Shown: positions 1 to 13,589, counted from the stretch's first letter. The stretch: 64,000 nucleotides of DNA from an uncultured Nitrososphaeraceae archaeon (GCA_963825865.1 CAWGVG010000014.1:32001-96000); one strand, 5' to 3'. Translations and numbers: made by a program. Notes: a model not told the origin generated them from the letters alone.

Positions 1-12
1 ATAAAGTGATAA

Positions 13-1020
13 ATGTCAACACCTAACACTAAGCCTAAGAAAAACAAACTGACACCAGTTGGTTTCAGAGTTAATGACGAAGCATATGATTATGTAAAGA
101 AATTTGTCTGGTTGATTCAGAAGCATATGATTATGTAAAGAAATTTGTCTGGTTGATGATTCATACATGGAATGAAGATGATGGAGCAGAAAAGGTTGCC
201 GCCGTACTGAATGATGGAGTAAAATCAAGATTAGACCATATCACAATTCCAGAAGTTGAAGCACTAAGACCTCTAGTGAAAAAGTATGGTAGGTATGAAG
301 TTGTAGAGCCTGACAAGAAATTCAAGGCTGAAAAACTACCACAAAAGCAAGACGTTAAAAATAATGAAACTGTAACTCCGCAGATGAGTGCTCCAGATTT
401 TACTAATCAGCCAATTCCAACATTTGGACAAACTAATGCATGCCAAAACAGCCCGCAGTAATGGGTAATCCAGTAGATAGCATTTTAGCTTGGGTTCTAG
501 ACAAAATGCCGAAAATTCACTATTCAAAGATTGAATCATTCTTACTTCTATTCCAAGCATCGCAGAATTATTTCATGGGTAATTCTATGGTTCTGAATAC
601 AATGATTAGAGATTATTTTGGAGATCAGAATGGTCAGATTGCTTTTGATACGTTCTCACAGATGGTAAAACAAAATCTTCCTCCAAATCAACAGTTAGGA
701 GGTACCTGAATATTAAACAGGATGAGGTAACAATGGTAACATGTATGGTGGAGGTTCCATGATGGGCGGCGCCATGGGAATGCAAAATCCATACTTACAA
801 AACAATCAGTATGTACAGATGGGTATCTTACCTCCAGGAATTGATCCTTCATCTCCATATGATCTGATTTTTACAAAAAAAAGCAAAGACAGCAAAAGAT
901 GAAGAATTTGAAGCCAGAATGCGTCGTGTCATGAACATGAAGATGATGGACGTAATGGGTACCAATGGAGGCAATAGTGCTAATGGAAGACTTAAGGTAA
1001 GTATGTTTTTAGGTAAGATT
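13..1020 (+). CDS. Frameshifted hypothetical protein with N-terminal RHH-like motif and Met/Gly/Gln/Asn-rich C-terminal part (possible mobile-element gene)
   Basis: ATG at 13 directly follows TGA TAA and reads MSTPNTKPKKNKLTPVGFRVNDEAYDYVKKFVWL. A 41-bp tandem duplication breaks the frame, which continues as ORFs 153-461 and 440-709, then GNNGNMYGGGSMMGGAMGMQNPY...EARMRRVMNMKMMDVMG to about 1000. Confidence 0.45.
79..157 (+). repeat. Perfect 38-bp direct repeat with 41-bp period
   Basis: GAAGCATATGATTATGTAAAGAAATTTGTCTGGTTGAT at 79-116 and 120-157. Confidence 0.95.
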
Positions 1021-1022
1021 AA

Positions 1023-1538
1023 TTAATTGCTTATTTCTTGAATTAACATCTTTACTGTATTGATGTCAAGATCGAGCTGATCGGCTATCATGTCCTCAGC
1101 AATACCAGAGTCATGAAGATTTCTTACTATTTCTTTCTTTTCTTTGTTTATTATATTTGATGGCGGATATAGTAAAAGCTCTGATTCAACAGTTTGAATA
1201 TATTGTGAGACCTTTTCTACTAGATCTTCTGAATTGGCAACTTCATCGGCTGAAAATACAAGCACATGTTCTTTTACTGGCATACTTAACATTTTTACTT
1301 TATCATAAGTATAAATAACATATCTTAAATTTCCCAATTCTGTTGTAAACATTTTTCTTAAGTCTACGATATAGGCAGATTGGGCCAAACTTAACTCGGG
1401 ATTTTTTCCCTTGAGATGTTCTTCAATGCCAGTCCTCACACTCCCAGCGTACAAGCGGCCAGATTTTTCAACTATTCCGGCAAACCTGATGTTAGAGTCG
1501 AGATTCAAAATATTTTTAGAAAATTGTTCCGATTTCAT
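1023..1538 (-). CDS. Thaumarchaeal roadblock/profilin-like (DUF6659-type) protein with C-terminal HTH-like tail
   Basis: ILNLDSNIRFAGIVEKSGRLYAG...ELGNLRYVIYTYDKVKML motif; tail IAEDMIADQLDLDINTVKML looks like an HTH. Confidence 0.6.
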   Translation of the reverse strand: MKSEQFSKNILNLDSNIRFAGIVEKSGRLYAGSVRTGIEEHLKGKNPELSLAQSAYIVDLRKMFTTELGNLRYVIYTYDKVKMLSMPVKEHVLVFSADEVANSEDLVEKVSQYIQTVESELLLYPPSNIINKEKKEIVRNLHDSGIAEDMIADQLDLDINTVKMLIQEISN

Positions 1539-1883
1539 ATAATGTAATCTGTTAAAATTAATAGATCATATAGTCTTTTTGCATAAAGGCGAATGTTTTG
1601 CTAAATGATTCGTTTTTTGAGAATACAAAATAGCATAAATCATTTCTCACAACATAGGAAGTTTATATTCTATTTGATAATAAATATAATAGCATTACAT
1701 TTGATTGTATTCATGTTAATTGTATTAGCACCTTTTGATTATCTGCTTGATGTCAAATGAATATATTTATCCCCTCGTCAGTCTATCTCTGCATTTTCCT
1801 ATAGATATTATTTCGTTACATGTTTAGTCACTTATGACTCGTATCCTGATAAACAATCGAGCTTTACTATCACATTAATAGTG

Positions 1884-2465
1884 CTATACTGTACTATTCT
1901 TCTTTTCGTACTCAGTAATTTGGTGCTCTAATTGCAAGGTAAATCCTATATCATCCAGACCTTCAATCAATGTCTTTTTTCTGCATTCGTCTATTTCAAA
2001 GTGTATGATTTTAGAACCCGCAATTACCATCTGTTTAGATAAATCAACCTCAATCTCTATATCATCAGCGTTTCTGAACAAATAATCAACTTTTTCATGG
2101 CTCAAACTAATTGGTAAAATTGCATTTTTGAAACAGTTACTGTAGAAAATATCTGCAAACGACTGTGCAATTATTGTCTTGAATCCATAGTCTCTGATAG
2201 CCCAAACAGCATGCTCTCTTGAACTTCCACTACCGAAATTATCACGTGTAAGCAATATTTGTCGCGCTCTATATTTTGGATCATTTAATACAAAACTTCC
2301 TTTTGGTTTTCCTTCTCTGTCAAACCTCCAATCGTAAAACAGATACTTGCCAAAACCAGTTCGCTGAACTAGTTTGAGAAACTGTTTTGGAATTATTTGA
2401 TCTGTATCTATGTTTGCCATGTCAAGAGGAGTCATTTTGCTTTTGATAACCCTAAAAGTTTCCAA
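1884..2465 (-). CDS. leuD: 3-isopropylmalate dehydratase small subunit
   Basis: NIDTDQIIPKQFL, NFGSGSSREHAVWAI and SFADIFYSNC motifs. Confidence 0.97.
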   Translation of the reverse strand: METFRVIKSKMTPLDMANIDTDQIIPKQFLKLVQRTGFGKYLFYDWRFDREGKPKGSFVLNDPKYRARQILLTRDNFGSGSSREHAVWAIRDYGFKTIIAQSFADIFYSNCFKNAILPISLSHEKVDYLFRNADDIEIEVDLSKQMVIAGSKIIHFEIDECRKKTLIEGLDDIGFTLQLEHQITEYEKKNSTV

Positions 2466-2487
2466 TTCTTTTTTCTCCTTCTCCTTC

Positions 2488-3914
<1,427 letters not shown>

Positions 3915-4012
3915 ACTATCGCTTCTTTCAATTAATATGGAACCGAAATATAAAATCATATGCTAATAAACCAGAACTATAGACAATACTTAAATCTGGT
4001 ATTGATTCTGGT

Positions 4013-4676
4013 ATGCGTAGTATGCATCGTGAAGATAACAGGTATATTGAATATGTCACAGAGCAGATCAAGAAAGGAACTACTACATGTGCATTGACTT
4101 GCAAGGATGGCGTAGTACTAGCCGCTGATACACGTGCAAGCGCTGGTCTATTTATTGCTGATAGACATGTAATGAAAATCCAGAAAGTTGATAGGCACCT
4201 TGGGATGACAATGGCAGGAGGAGTAGCTGATGCCCAGAATGTTGTCGACATTATGCGTTACAATGCAAACATCTATCGACTTTCAAATAAGGAATTAATG
4301 CCAGTGAAGTCGGCATCAAGACTATGCTCTAATGTACTATTCAACCAACGATACTTTCCTTATTACGTTCAGATTATTGTTGCAGGATATGATAAGGAAG
4401 GGGGACAGATTTACAATATTGACTTGTTTGGTTCAATTACAAGCGAAAAATTCATCTCTACTGGCAGCGGTTCTCCAGTAGCTTATGGTTATCTTGGATC
4501 TGAGTTCAAGGAAGGATTGAGTGTAAATGACGCTTACAAGGTAGCGATACGTGCGATTGGCAGCAGCTATTCGAAGAAACGCAGGTACTGGTGACGGTAT
4601 CAATGTTGTTATCATAGACAAAGACGGCTATCGCGAGTTACCAAAAGAAGTCAAAGAGTCTGTTAGCGTAGTCTAA
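4013..4676 (+). CDS. psmB: Proteasome subunit beta (frameshift near 4560)
   Basis: Propeptide followed by G/TTT, GVVLAADTRAS and TGSGSPVAYG; the shifted frame gives RNAGTGDGINVVIIDKDG. Confidence 0.96.
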
Positions 4677-5199
4677 GAACCATTGGTTTTATATGATTTA
4701 TAAATATCGTTTTTTTTGGAATTATATTGGAGAGATTTGTTAACAATAAATTCTGCTCATGGATAAACTAGCTTGGTATTTCCTTCGTAAGAGAAATAGT
4801 TTCTTGCTGTTAAGGTCTACAAATATTCTTTGTACTTCAAAGTCGAGCAAACCATCTTCTATTAAAAGAGGACACGAACAACGCTGATCTAAATCAAATC
4901 CTATTGTTTTTGCAATATTATTTTAGTAAAATAGGAAGTTTTAATCTATAAATGGATGTTTTGCACAAAAATCATCATTCATTGTATCGCTACCAAAAAA
5001 CATAGTGGATAAATCTTAGTATATTGTGAGGATCACATAAATTGATGACTCATAAACCCATCACAAAAGATTCCTGTATATGATTCAAGCAAGAACCTTC
5101 AGTCACAAATATAAAAAAGGAACGTTATACAAAAAGAAAGAATTTCAAAAGCCGCCTAAACTAACTAAGAAATCGAGACAATATGCTACTTTTCGATTT

Positions 5200-5821
5200 T
5201 TAAACGACCCTGGCGTATCTTCCCCGCTGTTCAATTTCTGAGACATTTTCTAAAACCTTGTGTGTTCTATTTTTGCTTGCTATTGTTGAATAACCTTTTA
5301 TAAAGCTGTTGTATGCATCTTTATATATGGATACATGTGCGCTACTAAAGGCTTCCTTTATTAATCTAATATCTACTGCTCGGTCTTCCATGCGTGTGGA
5401 ATAATATGATAGACCATAATCAAGCAAGACCAGTCTTTTGCCACTAATAAAATTTGAAGTTGTAAGATCGCCATGTATGATATTATTTGAATGAAGCAAA
5501 GCAGTATACATTCCAATTTCAGAGCATAATTGTGGTGTTATTACTTCCTTAACATTATTTCCTTCTACAAACTCCATTATGATCTCAGCATGCAAAGGAT
5601 CTATGAAATGTATGAATGGAGATGGAATGCCTGCTATTTTTGCGGACAGAAATCATTTTCGCTTCGTGAATCGTTCGATATTTGCGAATTTTATTATCTA
5701 AAGATTTATGACGATACGGTTTAGATGTTCTGATCTTTGAAATGACTTTCTTACCGTCCCAGCCTGTTAGGTAAATATCGGCTTCTGCGCCCTTTTTAAT
5801 TAATATTTTTCGATGCTGCAA
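5200..5821 (-). CDS. bud32: KEOPS kinase Bud32 (frameshifted)
   Basis: KGAEADIY, IIHGDLTTSN, LLDYGL, EDRAVDIRL and IEQRGRY motifs split over two ORFs. Confidence 0.95.
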
Positions 5822-5853
5822 TCGTATATATCTTCGAGCAAGATCATAAAAAT

Positions 5854-6178
5854 ATGACTTCCGTTAAACCAAGGCCTGGAGAGAAGAAGATTCTGCAAGA
5901 AGATTGTGCAGAAGATAAATTAAAAAACGGCATACTTACTCTGACGAATCAGCGAATGCTCTTTGAGGAGACTGAGGGAAGCATAGCAACTTTGTCAAAA
6001 AAGACTGGAGCAGTAGTATTAGACATTTCGCTTGATAAAATATACATCCGTAAAATCTGAAGGGTTTCTTGTAAAGAAGGTTGTAATTGTTTCAGATGAC
6101 AAGCGATACAAGTTTGGCGTCTTTAGCACTGGGAAATGGGCAAAAGCAATCGAGGAACAGATAAATGCAAAAAAATGA
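5854..6178 (+). CDS. Small PH-like domain protein (frameshift near 6050)
   Basis: GILTLTNQRMLF motif typical of bacterial/archaeal PH-like domains; continues KSEGFLVKKVVIV...KWAKAIEEQINAKK*. Confidence 0.55.
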
Positions 6179-6183
6179 GATAG

Positions 6184-7195
6184 TTATGTACGCCAGCTAA
6201 CGTCTACCGTATCCAATCGCCAAGACTGGCGCACAAAGGATTCTTCTATGCTTATTTCCATTTTGGTTGTCATAAAATGAAGGATTCCAGTCCAAGCAAT
6301 TTGTGCTCCATTATCTCCTGCAAATTGAATGGGGCAGACATACAAAAATGCATTCTGCCTATTACAAGCAGTTTCAAGCATTTGTCCCAGCCTCTTGTTT
6401 GCTGCGACACCCCCTACGATCATAATTTCCTTTTTGTCGGTAAATGAAACTGCCCGCTCTATTGTCTCTGTGACCATTGCAAATGCAGTTTCTTGCAACG
6501 AATAACATATATCTTTCAACGCATTATTTTTATTTGAAGCGAGTCTTATAGCAGACGTCAGTAAACCAGACAGTGAGACATCGTTTCCTTTTACAATATA
6601 TGGTAATTGCAGATAATTACCAGATGACTGCGATGCGAGTTGTTCTATTCTATCTCCACAAGGTGACGCAAAACCCATCATTCTTCCAAACTGATCAAGC
6701 AGCTGCCCAATTGTAATATCCAGAGTTTCACCAAATACTCTCCACCTATTATGGGAAAAAGCTAGTATCATGGTATGGCCACCAGATACTAGCGAGCACC
6801 AAGGGATCAGAGGCACCTGTAAGCATTGCTCCAAGTTCGATATGGCCTAACGCATGATTAACAGGGATAAGGGGTTTCTTATGAAATGTCGCAAGAGTCC
6901 TTGCAACTACAGCTCCTACGCGTAAGCAAGGTCCTAGTCCAGGACCAGCAGAATAGGCAATGATATCCACATCTTTGATTAAGATGTTTGCTTCTTTTAA
7001 CGAGCGCTTCAAAACAGACGAGGACGTTTCAGAATGATGTCTTGATGCTTCGCGAGGATGAATTCCTGACCCTCCAAGTGATTTATAATGATCACGTATA
7101 TCCGAAAGGATTTTCCCTCCCTTCTTATTTGAAGAATATTGTATGACAGAGCATCCAAATGTATGAGCAGTGCTTTCTATCCCAAGGCATAGCAT
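6184..7195 (-). CDS. kae1: KEOPS t6A synthase Kae1 (frameshifted)
   Basis: LGIESTAHTFG, GIHPREASRHH, VNHALGHIE, VSGGHT, GETLDITIG and GDNGAQIAW motifs. Confidence 0.97.
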
Positions 7196-7203
7196 TTCGT
7201 TTA

Positions 7204-8407
7204 TTATCTCCTGCTCGTAGCGGAAACTATTTTGATAACATCATTGTTCTTGAGCTATATTCACCCCCAAGTCTTTGCTTGCTCCGAATATCGATTGCAT
7301 ACAAGAAGCCAATTCCTAGATCGGCATGAATTTTGTTTGCTAGATCTTTTGCAGTTGAGCCTCTGGATAGCAAACGTGCATCTGGTAGAATGTTCCCGTT
7401 TTTATCCATCAATTTTATATCGTCTTCAACAGGATAAACAACAATTAGATTTAACAGCTTGAAACATACTAGGTTAATGACTTCTTGTACCGCTGGTTGA
7501 TCCATATTTCGCAATTGGCCATCTCACAATATCAAGTGCTTTCTTTTGTCCTTCATTTAACGAAACACCTACTTTGAGGTTAAATGAATTGTCACCTGGT
7601 AAATAATTCAAGAGTCTCTTCTTTGTTGCCCGTCTAAGCAAAGCCTCTGCCTCACATACACATGGAACTACTTCTAGACCAGTATTTCTGATCTTTGTAA
7701 TATTGTCATCTGCGGGCGTCAAATCGGCTTTATTTGGCAGCAATAACGATTGGTTTTGATTCTACTCTAATTTTTTTACATAATTCAAATATGTCTCCTT
7801 CTGTCCAGTTAGCTGGTTTTTTGTTGTATAGCCCCATTTCATTTAGGGCTTTGATGATGTAGGACTCTCCAATATCAAGACCAGATAAGCGTTTAGCGAG
7901 TATCAATTCCAGTTTTTGTTCCTGACGTTCTACTTCTCTTCCAATCTTGTTCCAATCTCTGCTAACAATGGAAGCAAGCCAAAGATCAAATTCCCTCTCT
8001 ACGAATTTGATATCAAATAAAGGGTCTCCTGTACCGATAGGAATCGGTTTACCTTCGCTATCTGTAGAACCAGATGCATCTACTATATGAATTAACGCCT
8101 CAGCCTGCCTTGCGTCATCGAGAAACTTATTTCCAAGGCCTTTACCTTGATGGGCTCCTGGAACAAGACCAGCTACATCAATTAATTTTATTGGGATGAA
8201 TCGATTACCGTCAACACACATCGAATGAATAGGATTATCTTGAACTCCAAATTCTCTACATACGCATTTTACTCTTGTAAAGGTAACTCCAAAGTTAGGA
8301 TTGACCGTTGTAAATGGATAATTAGCAGTCTGTAGAGAGAGGTCGGTGGCTGCATTAAAAAAAGTGGATTTACCGACATTGGCTTTACCTATAAGACCAA
8401 TGAGCAT
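7204..8407 (-). CDS. ychF: YchF/Obg-family translation-associated GTPase/ATPase with TGS domain (several frameshifts)
   Basis: GKANVGKST, ANYPFTT, DVAGLVPGAHQGKGLGNKFL and NKAD motifs; C-terminal STAKDLANKIHADL. Confidence 0.93.
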
Positions 8408-8654
8408 ATTATATCGAAGGCCTAGTCCCTGCATTAATGTCTTTCAAATTTTGTTTTTTATTGTATTCAAAAAAATTCTTTTGTCTATCGCTAAGAGGGA
8501 AAGATATAGTTCTGCTATTTCATAACTGTCATACGGTCAGCTTGTTAATTTGAACACAATCATTGAGCCTTCGCTATCGTATCTGTTATATATGGATATA
8601 TAAATTTGGACAAGATTTTTATCTTAATCGGGAAAGAAAACGGTTGGAAAAGAA

Positions 8655-10032
8655 GTGGCTGGAATTGTTGCTATTTATAATCTAGGTGAAGAAAAAGACA
8701 GTAGCGTAATTTACTATCTTGCACATTCAATGTTAATGCTCCAACATAGAGGGAAAGCGTATTGGCAGATGGCGGTAGGAAATGGAATGGCGGGAAGAGA
8801 AGGATCATTTCCATCAGACGAAAATCTTTTAAAAATAGTCCAACAAGAGAAATTATATGGCACTAATGGAATAGGGTATCTTTCAAAGAGATCTCCACAA
8901 TTCCCTAGCATGAATGCAATACGTATTGCACTCGACGGCTTTTTTGTAGATACAGAGAAATTACATTTACATCCTTATATCGGACCAGCCAAGAACTCAG
9001 ATTCACTTTTTAAAATTTATTATATTTTTAAGCAATTATTAATTAAGAGACAAAATGCAGAACGAGCAGGCTGAATTCTTAGACAGACACTTACGAGGAA
9101 ACCTGATTATAAAGCTGGAGGATGACATTTATGCTTATAGAAATAGCAGCGGTTTCAAACCCCTTGTTAATGCAAAAAACAAAAGCAAGACATGGAATAT
9201 TATAGCATCAGAAAATTCGCTACGTACTTCATTAATCGATATGGAATTTAATGATGTTAATGCAGGTCAATTGATAAAGTTAGGCAAGAAGAATGGATTG
9301 GAAATTTTGGCAAGTTTGCCACATGCAAGAATCATGATGGATCCGTTTGAATTTATCCGAGAATCACATGTGGCAACAGTATTCAACGGAAAAAGTATTT
9401 ATGCAATAAGGAAAAGCATTGGTAAAGAGCAAGCAAATGTCCTTGCAAAGGATATAAGTATTGACTCGGCATACGCAGAACCTGATTACACGCGACCGAT
9501 GACATTAGGGTTTAGCACTGAGTATCAGAGATATTCCAAAACTTTTCAGATTTCTGAGGGAATAATCAAGGACAGATATGACGATTCAGACCATATGATT
9601 GATTTCTCTGAACAAGTCAGCAAAAACAAATTACTTACAACAGGAAAGTCGCTGAAATTTGTCATTCAAAAGTTAGTCGAAGATAAAAAAATAGGGACAA
9701 TTCAAGGAACTATTCAGACCGGCAGTACCGCAAGAGAAACGATCTATTACTTACGCAAAGCAGGTGCGAAATGCATAGAAGTCATTGTGAGCTATGTTCC
9801 TACTGTAGACGGTAGGCAAGTTGGACTGTACACGCAAAACAGAGATCTGATTGCAAATAAATATGTGGGTCTAGTATCCTCTATTGATGAACTTAATGAG
9901 AAAGTTACAAAAGAGGTAGGAGCAGATACTTTATATTACAATTCCCCTGAAATACTTGCACACGGCATAGGCGTATGTGAAGATAACCTTTGGTTTCCCG
10001 AATGGGTAAGATTTCTAGATTATAGACGATGA
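8655..10032 (+). CDS. Amidophosphoribosyltransferase (PurF)-like protein with degenerate catalytic motifs (frameshift near 9060)
   Basis: Ntn + PRTase layout: AGIVAI, LQHRG, RNSSGFKPL, ASEN, PFEFI, RKSIGKE, GADTLYY. Lacks the N-terminal Cys and the VDDS PRPP motif. Confidence 0.8.
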
Positions 10033-10355
10033 GCAAAAAAAGCGATATGGACCTAAAACGAATTCAGAATAATCCATATAAATCTATAATTCTTTTAACA
10101 GACGGTAAGAATGAGAATCAAGGATTTATTATAGAGCATATCGAGCTTCGTCAGTATATTGAAAAGAGAGATCCTGCCTTAGGAAATTATTCATTAATAA
10201 CCGCGCTTATTCAAACAAACAAAGGTACAGTAGAGATGAAGTATGATGAAGGTTTCAGAGGGAATGATGCAATTGAATCTCCACTACCATTCTAAGGCGA
10301 GCACCTTGGTTTTGCAGCTTTAATTAATCGTGCATTAATAGAACTACAAAGTTAA
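10029..10355 (+). CDS. Conserved hypothetical protein, translationally coupled to the PurF-like gene (frameshift near 10280)
   Basis: ATGA overlap; the shifted frame continues HLGFAALINRALIELQS*. Confidence 0.65.
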
Positions 10356-10885
10356 TAGCATGAATACACAAAAAACTCAATTGTTGTGGTTGGTGGCGCT
10401 ATCTTCTCAATCTGGCCGGTTATCAGACGAAGAAAAATGGATTTGTAACCAATGAACTTGACGTAGACAATATCAAATAATAAACTCTTGCCTTCAGTCA
10501 AGTATTGTGCTCGAAATTAAGAAAGGATTAGGGTCTTTCGATAAAGCATTGTTAATCCCAGCATCATACTATGGTATTATGGAATGAAGAATAGATGAGT
10601 TGTTGGTGATAATAGGATGGAGAGAATGGCGAATGTAATAGCAAATGCAGAAGAAGCGGTAATAAATTTACATAATATGTTGATGAGGGATTTGTAGATA
10701 TTGTTATAGCAAATTCGAACCCTTGCATAAAGATAATGTGAAACTATTTGTACTATAAATCGCTCGGGTTTAATGATGTTAGCAAGAAACTGGGATCCAA
10801 AACAAACTAACTTATCTTAATGCGTAATTTTTTTTATGCAATGTTGTTAGTCTAAACATACTGAGGTGTCTCAAGCTATGGACTA

Positions 10886-11692
10886 TTATATTCTAATAAT
10901 TATACCATTTTTCTTTAGATAATTTTTGACTTTATCGATAGTCGACTTCTCGTAATGAAAAATGGATGCAGCCAAAGCTGCATCAACGTCTGTCTTTTTA
11001 AAAATATCCAGCATATGCTCTGGTCTTCCGCAGCCTCCAGAGGCTATAACTGGTATACGAGCTGTTAAACAAATAGCTTTATTCAAATTAGTATCATATC
11101 CGTTTTCAGTTCCATCTGTGTCAATGCTAGTTAGGAGAATTTCTCCAGCACCAAGAGATTCTACTTCCTTTGCCCATTGTATTGCATCGATTTCCGTCCC
11201 CTTTTTGCCACCATAAATTATGACTTCAAACCAATACTTCTTTTTTCCATCTTCACTATTAAAAAAAATCTTACCCCCTTTTCCATAGTTTCTTTTTGCA
11301 TCTATTGCAACTACTATGCACTGCTTACCAAAAATTGACATTAATCTACTAATTAAGTCTGGGTCTTTTACAGCCGCGGTATTTATAGAGACTTTGTCAG
11401 CCCCACTAAGCAAAATATCTCGTGCATCATCTAAATTCTTTATTCCGCCTCCAACGGTAAAGGGAATATCAATAACACTTGCCACATTTCGAACAACATT
11501 CTTCATAGTCTCTCTTCCTTGTTCGGAGGCGGTAATGTCAAGAAAAACAAGTTCATCGGCACCTTGTTGACTATATTTATCAGCAAATTCCACAGGATCA
11601 CCTGCATCTTTTACTTTAGCAAAATTCACTCCTTTAACAACGCGACCATTATCAACATCCAAACAAGGAATAATTCTCTTTGCTAATGGCGT
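10886..11692 (-). CDS. hisF: Imidazole glycerol phosphate synthase cyclase subunit
   Basis: (M)[46 protein letters not shown] and AALAASIFH motifs. The start codon reads ACG. Confidence 0.97.
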   Translation of the reverse strand, partial: TPLAKRIIPCLDVDNGRVVKGVNFAKVKDAGDPVEFADKYSQQGADELVFLDITASEQGRETMKNVVRNVASVIDIPFTVGGGIKNLDDARDILLSGADKVSINTAAVKDPDLISRLMSIFGKQCIVVAIDAKRNYGKGGKIFFNSEDGKKKYWFEVIIYGGKKGTEIDAIQWAKEVESLGAGEILLTSIDTDGTENGYDTNLNKAICLTARIPVIASGGCGRPEHMLDIFKKTDVDAALAASIFHYEKSTIDKVKNYLKKNGIIIRI

Positions 11693-11694
11693 TT

Positions 11695-12406
11695 TTATGC
11701 CATCACCCCTACTTTTTCCATACTGACCTTGCCATCATACAGTGCCTTACCAAGAATGACAGAAGTGCATCCAGCACTCCTGACCCTGATGATGTCTTCA
11801 AGACTTGAAATTCCGCCACTTGCTATTATTCTTGCGCCCGGGAAACTACATGCATGAGCTAAGGTTGTGGTATCCGGTCCAGTCAATGTTCCATCTTTAT
11901 CTATACTTGTTAGCAAAAATTCTTTTATGCCCATTGCCAAAAATAGTTTTAGTGCATCATCAACCCCAGACCCACTGGACTCTTTCCATCCATCTATCAT
12001 GACCTTGCCGTTATACTGGTCAATTGAGATTATAATTTTATCAGCTTTTTTTCTGGCAAGCCATCTTATTGAACTAGGTTCCTTATAAGCCATAGTGCCG
12101 AGTACAACTTTAGCAGCATTTCTGCTAAACATTTCATTTACTGCATCGGTTGAACGAATACCGCCTGCTACTTCAACAGGAATATTTACCTCCTTAATTA
12201 ACTTTGTAATAATTTCAATATTGTTCTTACCTGTACGCAAAGTTGCGTCAAGATCTACTACATGCAACATATCAGCACCTGCTGCCTTTCCATTTCATTG
12301 CGATTTCAATAGCGTTGTTGCTGTATACTATCTTATTAGCAGGGTTGCCTTTGACGAGTCTTACTACATTACCACACATAATGTCGATTGCTGGTATTAC
12401 TTTCAT
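11695..12406 (-). CDS. hisA: ProFAR isomerase (frameshift near 12290)
   Basis: [33 protein letters not shown] and IIASGGI motifs. Confidence 0.96.
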
Positions 12407-13026
12407 TTCTTTTTAGCACACACTTTGAGAAAATTTTTAATCATAGCTGAACCTGCCTTGCCAGATTTTTCAGGATGGAATTGAGTTCCGAAGAGGTTGT
12501 CTTTCTCGATTACTGCTGGTATGTTAATCCCATATTCGGAACTCGCAGCAACTATACTTTTACTTTGTGAAGATATATGATAAGAATGGACAAAGTATAC
12601 CCATGAATTATTTGTAATGCCTTCTAACAACTTACTTTCTTTCTTGGTTATTTCAAGATTATTCCAACCCATGTGAGGAACTTTGACTTTTTGCTTTGGC
12701 AGCATTACTACGTCTCCATCTAGCATTTTAAGACCCTCTAGTATCCCTTCTTCACTCCTGTCGAATAATATCTCCATACCAAGACAAATGCAAAGCATCG
12801 GCATATAATCATCAACAATAGCTTTTACAAACAATTCTTTACTGGGTTCAATTGATTTTATTGCAGGGTCGAAATTGCCTACGCCGGGCAAAACCAATCC
12901 ATCAAAGTTGTTGAGGCTCTTCATGTCTCGTATTATCAGGACTTTGTGAGCACCATTTCTCTCCAAAGCCACCTTTAAGCTGAAAAGGTTCCCCGCCCCA
13001 TAGTCAAATATTGCTACCTTGTTCAC
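12403..13026 (-). CDS. hisH: Imidazole glycerol phosphate synthase glutaminase subunit
   Basis: DYGAGNL, LPGVG, CICLGME, VPHMGWN, YFVHSY and QFHPEKS motifs. Confidence 0.97.
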   Translation of the reverse strand: MNKVAIFDYGAGNLFSLKVALERNGAHKVLIIRDMKSLNNFDGLVLPGVGNFDPAIKSIEPSKELFVKAIVDDYMPMLCICLGMEILFDRSEEGILEGLKMLDGDVVMLPKQKVKVPHMGWNNLEITKKESKLLEGITNNSWVYFVHSYHISSQSKSIVAASSEYGINIPAVIEKDNLFGTQFHPEKSGKAGSAMIKNFLKVCAKKK

Positions 13027-13589
13027 TACATTGCACCTTTTGTGCTTGGTACCCCTTCCCTTTGCTTGTCAATGCTAGTGGCCATTCGAAGAGCTACCGC
13101 AAATGCTTTTATTGCGGATTCAATTTTATGATGGTCGTTAACTCCGTATTTTACTTTTATATGTATACAGGCATTCAAATTTTGTGCAAGGGATCTTAGG
13201 AAATGTTCAAGGTCTTCTCTTAGAATTCCTTCTACATCTCTATTCAATTTTAATTGTACGTTGCAGAATTGGCGTTTCACAAGGTCTATCGACACATATG
13301 CTAGAGATTCATCCATTGGAATTATTGCATATCCAAATCTAGTAATTTTGGATCTATCACATAACGCTTTGTCTATAGTTTGTGAAAGTGTAATCGAAAC
13401 ATCTTCTACTAAGTGATGTACAATACCATCATTGGATTTTGCAGTCAGAATAATGTCTATCATGCTATGCTTACCAATAGTGGTGATAAGGTGATCTATA
13501 AAGGGAAGACTTGTTTTGACAGTTGTCTTGCCAGTACCCTCAATCTTCACCTCCGCCATGATTGATGTCTCTTTAGTTATTCTTTCCAT
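13026..13589 (-). CDS. hisB: Imidazoleglycerol-phosphate dehydratase (true start probably a few codons upstream)
   Basis: RITKET, HHLVED, PMDESL, NDHHKIE and VPSTKG motifs. Confidence 0.96.
   Translation of the reverse strand: MERITKETSIMAEVKIEGTGKTTVKTSLPFIDHLITTIGKHSMIDIILTAKSNDGIVHHLVEDVSITLSQTIDKALCDRSKITRFGYAIIPMDESLAYVSIDLVKRQFCNVQLKLNRDVEGILREDLEHFLRSLAQNLNACIHIKVKYGVNDHHKIESAIKAFAVALRMATSIDKQREGVPSTKGAM

Noticed and set aside
79-157. 38-bp repeat pair as a mini-CRISPR
   Set aside because: Only a 3-nt gap, two copies, located inside coding sequence, and no cas genes.
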